Below, one piece after another: positions 12,481-24,338 of a stretch of 64,000 bases of DNA. The number at the start of each line of letters is the position of its first letter. The first letter of the stretch is position 1. This DNA comes from Parasitella parasitica NRRL 2501 (lineage: Eukaryota; Fungi; Mucoromycota). The notes beneath the pieces are model-generated. The model saw only the letters and a list, made by a program, of their open reading frames with translations. It had not been told where the DNA came from and did no database searches. The DNA lies in assembly GCA_025201805.1 (NCBI GenBank), contig MU619288.1, forward strand, positions 137,123-201,122. Direction: 5' to 3'. The position numbers and the translations under genes were made by a program.

Positions 12481-13586
12481 TCTTTATTTTTGTCATACTA
12501 TCTTGGGGCTTTTGGAATAATTATCGATTGTACCGAAGTTATATTAGTAGCAAAAAAAATACTCATCTGATGTTGGCATGCGCTAGAAATATCTGAATCA
12601 GCTTATAGATCTATTCTACTATGAGATATGACCGAGAGCTAGCTCTTAAAAGCCCAAAATATGCTAAAAACGTCGACTTTGAGCTTTGATATAGGCCGCT
12701 ACAGCTATGCTCTCCGCTTCAGACCAAGTGGGAATCAATGCTGGCATATAGGGAATTGTTCCTGGACCCATAGCTCAATTTTTTTTTTTCACTTTGCAAA
12801 TCGATGAAATTTACCCATTTTTTGCCTATACTACCACATCCAGATTTGTCAAAACTGCCTTATCCTCGATTTTGAACGCAAAAACGACATTTTTTACTAT
12901 GGCAAGTATTAGACGAAAATGACCGTGAAAGGTTACTCTTTGACTGGAAAGAGTAAAAATGCGCCCCAAATTAGCTTATAATTTAGCTTTCCTGTCAAAT
13001 CTGCTTTTGAGGTTTTCTGGAGTATGCTTGTTCAAAAATGTTAGGAGAGTTACAAAACTAACACCATCGTATAGAGCATCCAAAAACACATTAATCATCA
13101 TAGACTGGCACGGGTGGTATACATAGTATTACAGGGAGATATCTTATCCTAAAAGAGTAAAAATATCTTCGATTGATCCAAATCGAGTTCCAGAAAGAAA
13201 TGTCTTCTTTATCGCAATTTACACTCCGCTTTCAGAAGAAACGGTTTATATCACTTTTGGGACAAAAGAATCAGTTTTGCAAAGCTATAATGCTTTCAAA
13301 TCAAATGCAAAACAATTGAAATAAGCTGAAGTAAATTAATGTGTTTCTTAGCTTTCTAATGATGGCACTTTTATGTCTGTACCTTACCTAACCGTTGCAC
13401 GCTCCGATTTTGAAATTTTCTTGTTTGAAAGAATAGCTGCCTTCATCAGATGCCATTTAGTCAGTGCGAAAATCTGCTCTAAACTGTGCAAATTATGATA
13501 TCGTATGACACTTCATGGCTTGATGTATTAATTAAAAGTACTGGATCTTTTGTTTGAGAGAATTAAATATTGTTTTCTACTAGTTT
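12393..13586. repeat. ~1.2-kb dispersed repeat, copy 1 (probable non-autonomous transposon)
   Basis: Nearly identical, same orientation, to 50093..51326 (e.g. GGCATGCGCTAGAAATATCTG...GATCTTTTGTTTGAGAGAATTAAATA). Confidence 0.9.
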
Positions 13587-14387
13587 ATTTCGTTTCTCTG
13601 ATTACGTCGACCTTTGCTTCAGGCCTGCAGTGAGTTATTCAATTTGATGCAATGCTAAGAATATTGGATGGCTGTACTAACCAGCTCATTTGGCACATAA
13701 AAAGTGCAATTGCCTTTCTTGGTTAAGCATTGGGTCCTAAACAGATGAAAATTTATGCATGTAAATCGACATTTAATCATTCTGTTAGTTGGGTTGATTT
13801 TCTTGCCAGGTTTATGAGGCAAACTGACTTCTCCTTCTATGTCTCTTTCTTTTGGAAGATGCATCTACAATTACTTGATTTAATAATAAATTCATCAAGA
13901 AATATGATGAATAATAATGCAAAAGTGCACTAGTCCATATTATTTGATGAGAGAATGTCTTTTATGATATCAGTTGGGGGCATTTGTGAGAGCGATATAG
14001 GTGATATTTCAAAGTTGTCTCGAAGATCAGAAGCAGGCTTTTTCCTAAATCCTTCTAAAGATGTAGCTTTTTTAAGATCTGAGACTACGAACTTGCTACC
14101 AATTTTTGTGATTCATTTTTGTGACACATTTCTGTTAAATGTCTAGCTCAAAGACATGTTCAATGGCGCTAAACATTTGCAAATCCATCAGCGTTTCCAA
14201 AATATGTAGTAGCATATCCTCACATTTAACATTGTAATGAATGCAAATGTTGCTCATATTCTTTTATATGGTTCTATCACTTTCTCTAGCCACTTGAATT
14301 CCCTAAATGGCAGCAAAAACAATACTAAAAATACTCGATGTCATGGTAAACGCATTTATTGTATAGAATATAAGCTAGTTACAAAAT

Positions 14388-15118
14388 TTAAGCACGGCCA
14401 AGACGAGCGTTACGGGCCAATTGACGAGCGTTAAGCTTGACAACCTTCTTATCATCAGCACGAGGAACAACTTCATCCTTTTCAGTGAGAACAACCTCGA
14501 TGTGAGAGGGAGAAGACATGAAAGGATTAATTCTACCGTGCGCACGGTAAGTGCGACGACGGTGCTTGGGAGCTTGATTGACGACGATGCTGGAAATGTA
14601 AAGTTCTTCGACGTTTAAACCCTTGGCCTTGATATATTTCAGTTAATTTCCCAACATGCCGAATCAAAACATTGCGTATACTTTACCTCGGCATTGCTTT
14701 CAGCATTCTTCAAGAGGTCAGTAACAAATTTGACAGACTTGACGGGCCAGCGACCTTGAGTGGTACCGAATTCTTTGGCTTGGGAAGCACGACCGACACC
14801 ACCGTTGAATTTACGGAAAGGAATGACCTGCTTGTGTTCGGTGACGTTGTTAAGATAAGCATAAGCCTTGGATAACTTCAAGCCCTTGACAGCAACAGCA
14901 ACTTCGTGGGTGTTTTTGAACTAAATGAATGTATAGATAGTTGGCAAAATGTGAGTTTAGATCAATCTGATTCGCACAAAATCACTTACATGGACACGGA
15001 GGTAAGAACCTCTGGACTTGGAAGCTTCACAAAAAGTTTAGCCATTGCTTTATCATTCATATCATGTCAAAATCTTACCCTTAGCGGGGTTGGCTGGAGT
15101 AGCAGCGTATCTGACCAT
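14388..15118 (-). CDS. RPL17: 60S ribosomal protein L17 (uL22), 3 introns
   Basis: [13 protein letters not shown]|[12 protein letters not shown]|FKNTHEV...GRWPVKS...[21 protein letters not shown]. Confidence 0.97.
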
Positions 15119-16212
15119 TGTTGCTCAACAGACTATTTGATTTTAAACGAAAATTAATACAAGTTCTATAATGGATCAGTTGGCATGCAATGAAAAGAGT
15201 TGAAATAGATGTTTTGTATAGAAATAATAGAATGGTGAGTATTGTGCAGGAGAGACTTGGTCATTTTGGTGTTTTTTGGCACTTGAGATTTTTCTTTGCG
15301 TACATCCTTGAAACAAATCTTAATTATTGACCATCTAATCCAATTTTTGCGATGCATCTATCGGATCAATGGCGCATCCTAGTCTTTGTTCTTGTTCATG
15401 CTCTCTCAAAACTCTCTATTTCAATCTTCATGCATCCTATCGGTATACGTACTGTCGAATAAAAGGAAGGATTGACTATGACATTGTTTGCATCTCATGT
15501 AATCTTTGTTCAAATATTTCCGGTCCGGATGCAATTTGTTTCTTTGGGAAGTAAGAGCAAAATTTTCAACCCGAAGGAGGTTCCTGGCCAATGGCTCTCC
15601 GGGTAATTTGTCAAACTCTAAGCAGAAATCAATAATGAAATATGTATATTCAATACGTTTTTGACTGATTAAATACAAATTTTGTGGTTCCGTATACTAT
15701 CAGACACTAATTTTTTTTAGCTTTTATTGATTAAAATAACCTTATTATCAAAACTAAAGTAGATTTGAAGTCTGTAAAGTATATCTACATTGTATTTAGG
15801 ATAGTCTACTGTCGTTGTTGGCAGCAAAATTGCTTTTTTTTTTTGGCTTTTTTATAAACTCCGGTTTGCACAACCAGGAAGGAGCATTCAGAATTAAAGG
15901 TGTTTGATTTTACTGCAAAGATAGCACCTCCTCTTTAATCATATCTTTTAGGTAAGTTCAATAAGGTTTTTTTTAGAGGGTGAAGAATATGAATATGAAT
16001 CGATTGATTTGGATCAATTATCAATGTGTCAATGACCAAACGAATCAAGGATGGATGGATAAATGAGTGGATGGATCCTCTTGAAATTTCCAATATCTGA
16101 TATGTTCATATTCTTCATTCCTTATGACAAGAACTCTGCAATATATGCAATGTACTAACTTTTATTTTCTGTTTTATATATATTTTTTTATCTCTTTTAA
16201 ATCATTTCAGTC

Positions 16213-16897
16213 ATGGGTGGTAAGTTTGATGTATAAAATGACACATATGCTTACCTAATCAATTCCATTAACTCTTCTGTTTGCAATAGCCTACAAGTAT
16301 CTCGAGGAACTTGCCAGAAAGAAGCAATCTGATGTCTCCCGTTTCTTGCTCCGTGTTAGATGTTGGGAATACAGACAACTGAATGTCATTCACCGTGCTT
16401 CTCGCCCTTCTCGTCCCGATAAGGCTCGTCGTTTGGGTTACAAGGCCAAGCAAGGTTTTGTTATCTACCGTATCCGTGTCCGTCGTGGTGGTCGTAAGAG
16501 ACCCGTCCCCAAGGGTGCTACCTTCGGTAAACCTGTCAATGAGGGTGTTTCTCAACTCAAGTACCAACGTTCTCTCCGTTCCACCGCTGAGGAGCGTATT
16601 GGCCGCAAGTGCGCCAATCTCCGTGTCTTGAACTCCTACTGGGTTAACCAAGACGCTACTTACAAGTACTATGAAGTTATCCTCGTTGATCCCTCTCACA
16701 AGGCTATCCGTCGTGATGCTCACATCAATTGGATCGCTAACCCCGTTCACAAGCGTCGTGAAGCCCGTGGCCTTACTGCCATCGGTAAGAAATCTCGTGG
16801 TCATGGTAAAGGTCATCGTTTCAACAACACCAAGGGATCTGGTCGTCGTGCTACCTGGAAGCGTCGCAACACCCTTTCTCTCCGTCGTTATCGTTAA
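16213..16897 (+). CDS. RPL15: 60S ribosomal protein L15 (eL15); 5'-UTR intron 15952-16210, coding intron 16220-16289
   Basis: MG|[15 protein letters not shown]...[10 protein letters not shown]...[15 protein letters not shown]...LSLRRYR. Confidence 0.97.
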
Positions 16898-17253
16898 ATG
16901 TCTTGTTGATGGCTTTCAAATGCCTAAAAGAATCAAGTTTTGGTCGTCAATTGATATTCTAATTAAACAAAAAACTAGTTTCAAGTAGACATTTGTAGTT
17001 GATGAACAATTTTGTAATTGATTGATTTTTCGCAGTTGATTTGGAGTCATTTGATGAGATTGCTGTAGACGATGGCTCAAATGGGATATATTTGTTTATT
17101 TCATCAAAAGGATTAATGTCAAAGAAACAATTTGTATTCATTTATTAGATGAAAAGGATACTTGAAGATGTTGTAAACTATTTATCGCAAATGCTTTTAT
17201 TTGATGTTAATCCAGAAAGAAGAAGAAATTAAGTATATGGAACGATTCAAAAA

Positions 17254-19328
17254 CTAGACTTCTCTCGTGTCAGGCTTGCTAACAATATGGGGAGAGCCAT
17301 TATTCTCGCCACCAGTCATAAATGTTTTACTTCCTGAATCTGTCAATTTATCGCTATCATAAGTGCCAGCTGTCATGTCCACAGTGCCTGAGTTATGAAT
17401 GGCGCCTGTCATACCAATCGCAGTGTTATCACTGTACCCTGCAGTGTAGAACTCTTGGTCTTGATAAGCCTCGCTTCCGATATGATTATTGTCGGCATAA
17501 GGATAATAGCCACCAGTAACTGGGTTAACATTACTGTAAAAGTCAGCATCTTCTTGATTATATACATTGTCATTTACAGGAGCATAATAGTAATTATCAA
17601 TATTGGTGGCAGTGTGAGGTGTAGTTGGTGGATAGTCATCCCTGTAAGGTTTCGAGTTTCTGTTGTTGTCAGGTGGTACGAGTGCACGGGCTCCATTAAC
17701 AACTGGAGCACTTCCTCCCCCTCCTCCTCCACTATCAGATGTGTATTCAAACATTTCGTCTGCACTTTTAGTCTGCATTTGATTCTTGTTGCGTCGGGTT
17801 CTTCTATATAGCAAGTAAAATAAAGCAACTATAATCAAAATGATTAGATGAGATGCAAACAGTGCATTTTAAGATACATTACTCAATAATGTAGCGCCAC
17901 AAAAGCCACCAACAACACCACCAGCAATTGCACCCTTTTTCGATGAAGATTCGGTATTATTGTCTATGTCGTTTAAATGTTAATATGAATAATAAATATA
18001 TCTGTAATTATTAGCTTACTTGGGAGTGCAGTAATTGAAGACGAAGCTTGTGCAACACTGGTAACTGATGTAGTTTGAGTAGAAGAAAAAGTGGTAGATA
18101 TGTGGCTAGAAATCGAAGGTATAGCCGAAGAAATAGAAGTGCTACTAATCATTGTATAGGAAATTACAGGACTACTAACAATGGGTGATGAAACAATTGG
18201 ACTAGACATCATTGTGGATTCAACAATGACGCCACTGGAAGGAATGACATTACTGAAAGGAATTATACTACTGGTTGTAGTAATGGATGTAATTGCAGGC
18301 GTGGCTGTGGTCGTTGCTGCAGGTATTAAACTTGGTTTGGATTCAGCGACTGAACTTGAAGACAAAGTAGGCGCAGCTGAAGATATTGTGGTAGTTGTCG
18401 AAGGTTGAGTGGGAGTTATAGGTACTTCTGTAGTGCTGTGTGTTGTGGGTGTAGTTGAACTAGTATTTGGTATAATAGAGCTAGAACTACTAGTAGATGC
18501 AGCTGTTGTAGTAATGGGCTTCACGGAAGATGTTGACCCCAAGATGGAAGATATAGTCGAAGTCCTTTCAGTGGAAGATGCAGTAACAGACTCAACTGAG
18601 GTTGGCGTTCCCGCAGTAGGCTTACTGAAAGAAGAGGAGCTAACTGGTTCATTTGCACTAGAAGTTTGCTTCTCCTCAGAAGATGTGGTAGTAGAGTTAT
18701 CTGTCGTTGTTGCTCGCTTGACTGTGCTTTCAGGGCCATTGTTGATTGTACTCGAATAAGCAGATGTCGATGCAGCTTGATTATTAGTAGTTTCGCTAGT
18801 AAGACTGCTCTTTGTTCTATCGTCTGTTGTGGATGTGGTTTGGTCTTCGTTAGCAGTTGTTGCATCAGTACCATCGCGAACAGATGTAGCGGCGACTCTG
18901 CTAGTTGTCTGTGTTTATAATAAAAGTAGGAAAGGTTCCCAGTCAGCGAGATTATTCTGAAAAAAAAAAATTGGCTCTGTTACCTGATCGCCGGCACTTG
19001 AGACTCTACCATTATCCATTGCTGGTATTTCTCGCTTACGATCATTAGTCGTAGAGGTATTGCTACTATCTGATTTTTTGGGTTGATCATTACTGCTGTT
19101 GTCAGATTTTTCAACTATATCATCGTCAGTTCCTGTGGTCGAATCGCCTCTTTCAAGAATTGCAGCATCAAATGAGCTGGCAGCGACAGTACTCGACGCA
19201 CCAACTGCAACATTGTTCACAATTCTGGATCTTTTGGCTAAAAATTTAAGATATAATTTCTTTGCATTTGTGCTACGATGAAGTCCAGAAATGGAGTAGA
19301 TCTTTTTTTTTGTTACTTTTGTAACCAT
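17254..19328 (-). CDS. Ser/Thr-rich single-pass membrane protein (Mid2/Wsc-like sensor or mucin), multi-exon; start uncertain
   Basis: Long S/T-rich exons, then KKGAIAGGVVGGFCGATLL|IIVALFYLLYRRTRR (transmembrane helix plus basic stop-transfer) and a Tyr-rich cytoplasmic tail. Confidence 0.75.
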
Positions 19329-20170
19329 GTTTAAATGATTGTGGCGATCGTAAGAATGAAGAGCAGAGAAGAAGAGGAAAGGGGAATACGATTTTTACGA
19401 TTTTTTTCATTGCTAAATATTGTTCGATGCTGTTTTTAGCTGATTCAAAAAAAAAAGCGGAGCTATCCAGTATATAAAGAAAGAGACACTTGTCCAATTA
19501 ATTGAATGACGAAAAGTGGTGATTATTCGACTCAGGTACCAAAGTACTGTTGGAGAGCCAATCAAACAAATTTTGCTATCTGTTTTCACGCCTGATTCGT
19601 AAATTGTTCTTTGTATTCTTACAATTAATAAGTAATTCATTGTGGATCCAAGATTAATTAACTGCTACTGTGCTTCCACTCTCAATTTACCGAATGTTTG
19701 AAAACTCTGCCCACTTTTGTGAAAAATTTTGCACACTTTTAAGAAGCTAAATTTCCCAAAAAATGAAACTAATTTGGTCAAGTATTTGAATTTAATTTGC
19801 CCAGATTTTTTTAAAGTAAATTACCCACTTGAAAGAAAAATAATTTGACCAGACAAATTGATCACAAAGGATCTAATAACTTTCTTATTTTTATATATTT
19901 GTGTAGATTCGTCAGATTGGATAATTGAAAGGACGGATCTACAACAAAAGCAGGTATAAATAGGGAGAAGTAAGAGGATTATCTTTTATTGTATCGTATA
20001 GGGGTGCCTTAAGGTTGACGTTTCTGTCTTTTGTAGCTCATACTAATAGAGGGTGATGAGGGTGATAGTGATGAGGATGAGGATGATGAGGTTGGTGTGC
20101 TACGTAGCGGTGGTCTTTCCAAACAGCTGTTGACCCAGAAAGTGTCATTCTGATTTTGTGTTTTGTTGGA

Positions 20171-20702
20171 TATGCAGCAGCAAAATAATAGTGAAACAAC
20201 CTGCCTCATACATAAAGTTGTATCGGAGAAGCGTAACAAACTCCTTTACCCTATGCAGAAGGCTCTGTCAAAATGAAGTGGTCAGTTAATGGATTCACCC
20301 AAAATAGACCGTTTCAAGCCTGCATTTAATACATCTCGAAAGAGATTGTATCCAGGACGCCATGCACTGGAACAGCTGGTTGTTCATTTCGTCATCTAAA
20401 TTTACATGTTACTAACTAAGGCAAAAAGATAAGTTTAATTATTTTTATAACTTTATAGCCAACTACCTACGAGCAACTATGCAGCAGCAAAAGAGTAATG
20501 AAATAACCTGCCTCATACATAAAGTTGTATCGGAGAAGCGTAACAAACTCCTTTACCCTATGCAGAAGGCTCTGTCAAAATGAAGTGGTCAGTTAATGGA
20601 TTCACCCAAAATAGACCGTTTCAAGCCTGCATTTAATACATCTCGAAAGAGATTGTATCCAGGACGCCATGCACTGGAGCAGCTGGTTGTTCATTTCGTC
20701 AT
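20171..20702. repeat. Near-perfect direct duplication of a 225-bp unit (20171-20395 and 20478-20702)
   Basis: The units differ at only a few bases and are separated by an 82-bp spacer that looks like an intron on the minus strand. Confidence 0.95.
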
Positions 20703-22369
20703 TTTGGTTGAGAAAAAATAAATTAGATGAGGTGTGAATTGTTTATATAGTCCTTAGAAACTATTGTCATACTTACCCTTGTATTGAGAACAAGAGAGAA
20801 CAAAATGTGAATACATGTGCCCGCTTTATCGGGTAATCTGTCTTCAAGGCGATTATTTATTGTCCACTAACAAAACATTTATTCCCGCCGTTTCTAGAGT
20901 AACCACATCTGCTTCATTCTATTTTGTCAAGGAATTGGAATAAAACGTCTAGAAGAGTATACAATACACACCACTAATTTTGATTAGTTTTAGTGTTGGC
21001 AGATATATGAATAATACGCGGATTTAGCGGATTTAACGGATATGATGTGAACTTGTATCGTTTGTATCGTTTTTGTATACAATGAAAAATACTTGTCATA
21101 CACTCCGTTAATTTGATCAATCCATAAATCATTTTTTTGATCACTGTAGTCATTGCGATGTCAGATATGTCTACTTGTGTATTTATATATAATACGAATA
21201 TGGTCATACATAGATTATATTTAGTTGTCAATATGATTATCGTTAAAGAATAAGTATTCTTCGGGTTATTGATTAACAACTAACCAATTGTTCCGTATAA
21301 AATTAGGCTTTAACTACCTGGCAGTAGTATTTATGTTATCCAACTACTGCACATAACGATTATTATTGTATATTTGATAGTGTGGTATATAGTGAAGCAA
21401 TCTTTTCAATGCACATTTATTGATGTTTTCATTGTATAGTGGTTATAATATATATATTTAAACGCAATAGCAGGAGTAAAGACAAGATCTCAGTATCATG
21501 ACACTCGACGTCACACGAACATGATCATTTACCGTCAAATTTCGAAAAAATCTGGGCATGTTTTACAATATGAATACACGCTGATCTTGACTTTTCAAAG
21601 TATGCATAGCAATCGATCATTACCAAAAATTGTGTACAAGCGTGAGATGCGTCGTCGCCGTGTTCAACAGGTGAATTTCAAATCAAGAACAGTTTGGTAT
21701 TTAATTGATTTTTTCTTCCTCCATCAGTCGATTTTTTTCAAGTAAACTCATAATCCTGAACACAATTCAGGAACATATCCCAATGGATCATGTTCCTTAT
21801 TTATAAGTCAACATGACATGTTCATGGATAGTAGATACAATCTATCGTTTCACTCTCTAAATCACACCATGTCTCACACTTGTATATTATCCTCTCTTCA
21901 GCCCACTTAGATTCACTAGTCTACAAACCATCATTTTTTCCATGTAATAAACGAGATCTTTACTTGATTAATTCACAACCGTTTTATTTGAATAATTTCT
22001 CATTCTGATAAGTCAGCAAAGTTGAATCTTTAATAAAGTAACCTCAAGATTTCGCATCTCGTTAATTCGACGTTTTATTTTTATACTTTTCTTATTTTCG
22101 ATCTTGCAGATCTCAACGCCAGATACAAAACTGAAGGCTTTTATTGCCATAAGATATGATCTCTATTTAATACGAGCTGTGTACCCCCCAATAAGAACGA
22201 AGGTCGATTATTTTTACCGTAGTTCGGGGGGTGTATAAAAGCTCGTTTAATACTAAAAAATATCCCAATCAATGTTTATCCACTGTGAAATTACTAGTAA
22301 AAAATATAAAAAATACTTTTTATAACTGTTATTTATTTTTTAGATGAAGCTCATCAAAATGTCCTTTAA

Positions 22370-23664
22370 TTTCAGTTTCGTTACCTCAGGGTTCTCCTGC
22401 AAGGGAACAATGGCTCGGTCCCTGATTTCACCTACCAATTCCTGACCAACTCTCTCTGCCTTGCCCATGACACACCAGATCATGCAGTGCCTCTCCTTTT
22501 CAAATCAGCGAGATACAAGAATACACTGAATGGTTTTCACCCATTTCACTCGATGTTCAATGCCATGGACATTTGCCGCAACGAAGCTCGATGAATATCG
22601 ACTGGCAACGGAAGCCCAGCGCTCTGACCATCTTGAGCCTCCCGCTCATTGAGATCTTTAACCTCGATGAAGCTACTACGGAAGGATTGGATTTTTTACA
22701 CCAGGAAGCAGCTAAAACCAGTAAAGTCCAAGATTTTTTCGAATACAACTATGAGCAAGCCAAGTTTCAACTTATCTCAAAATCCAAATGTCAAAAGCGA
22801 AATACCTGGATCAAAATTGAAAAGGCACTCCTACAACAAGAACTGCGTTACCAATCATTCACGCACAACAACAGCAGTGATGATGGTATCGATTTACGAC
22901 CATTTGCCAATACACTTCGTTTCCAACAATTACCGATCCTCAAACTCCCCAACAAAGACGTCCGCTTTATTATGCAATCATTAGACACACTGGATGTTGG
23001 CCGTCATTTCAACAGGAGTATCTCGAAAAAAACAGTGGACAGCATTCTACAAAAACAACATGCACTACTCGGCCCGTAACCTGTGGTATCGGATGCTTCA
23101 CAAACAATCATCCAACAAGCTCGCTTTGTTCCAGCGACACCTGCCCAATATGGAATCTGATCGTTGCGACCTATGCAATGAAGTGGAAGATGCCAAACAT
23201 CTTTTAATCAGTTGCGCCCACAAGATTGACGTATNNNNNNNNNNNNNNNNNNNNNNNNNNNNNNNNNNNNNNNNNNNNNNNNNNNNNNNNNNNNNNNNNN
23301 NNNNNNNNNNNNNNNNNNNNNNNNNNNNNNNNNNNNNNNNNNNNNNNNNNNNNNNNNNNNNNNNNNNNNNNNNNNNNNNNNNNNNNNNNNNNNNNNNNNN
23401 NNNNNNNNNNNNNNNNNNNNNNNNNNNNNNNNNNNNNNNNNNNNNNNNNNNNNNNNNNNNNNNNNNNNNNNNNNNNNNNNNNNNNNNNNNNNNNNNNNNN
23501 NNNNNNNNNNNNNNNNNNNNNNNNNNNNNNNNNNNNNNNNNNNNNNNNNNNNNNNNNNNNNNNNNNNNNNNNNNNNNNNNNNNNNNNNNNNNNNNNNNNN
23601 NNNNNNNNNNNNNNNNNNNNNNNNNNNNNNNNNNNNNNNNNNNNNNNNNNNNNNAAAAAAAAAA
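22370..23664 (+). mobile_element. 5'-truncated non-LTR (L1-like) retrotransposon with poly(A) tail and 9-bp TSD; contains an assembly gap (23235-23654)
   Basis: C-terminal zf-RVT motif RNLWYRMLH...RCDLCNEVEDAKHLLISC; A-run at 23655-23664; GTCCTTTAA at both 22361-22369 and 23665-23673. Confidence 0.8.
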
Positions 23665-24146
23665 GTCCTTTAAAAACTATCTTTTTATACTAGTTTTCCA
23701 AGGGTAAATGATTATGGATATGAACCTAAATTATATTGGATTATTCATCCAGGACGTCATGGCAACAAGGATTGATAAAGAGATAACCAATAGCGGATTT
23801 GACGAGTGTTGGAGTTGCTTCTATTTGTTCTTGATATTGGGTTATGTCTTCTTAAATCCATGCTAGCCTGGTCTTGATGATTGTGGTCTTTGTGGAATAT
23901 TTAGGGGGTAATTTGAAGTTCATATTCATACTATTTACGGAGATTCTTTTTATGCGATGATCAGTTTATACTGATCTATAACATCCACATAACATCGGAT
24001 GTTTGACAAGAACTGTCAAGCCTTATTAAATCACAGCATTTCCAGGACAGAACTATCTTTCTATTTTACATTAAAGAGAAGATTGGGTATAGGGTGTCTT
24101 CCCGACATCTCGCGATCTGATCTAGATGTATTCTTTGAATAAGCCT

Positions 24147-24338
24147 GATGTTATGCGCAGAGGATATATAAATATGATCTGCTCAAAAAAAATGCATAAC
24201 TTTATAAAAATAAAATCAGACACAAAAACTAATGACTTTATTGATAAGAAAATGCCATCTTTTTATACTAGATTATATCTATTGTAATATTATTTGTCAT
24301 CATGGTTAAACATTGAACTTGGTATGTAATACCAAGTT
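24147..24338. repeat. Diverged ~190-bp repeat, inverted relative to 30279..30463
   Basis: GTTATGC.CAGAGGA...AAACTAATGACTTTATTGATAAG...AACATTGAACTTGGTATGTAA matches the reverse complement of 30279-30463. Confidence 0.8.

Noticed and set aside
20396-20702. Selenoprotein (in-frame TGA at codon 4 in both copies)
   Set aside because: No recognisable selenoprotein family or SECIS element. The copies are near-identical, so the shared TGA is not evidence of selection.
22994-23707. ORFs spanning the N run
   Set aside because: Their length is an artefact of the assembly gap; only the part before 23235 is informative.
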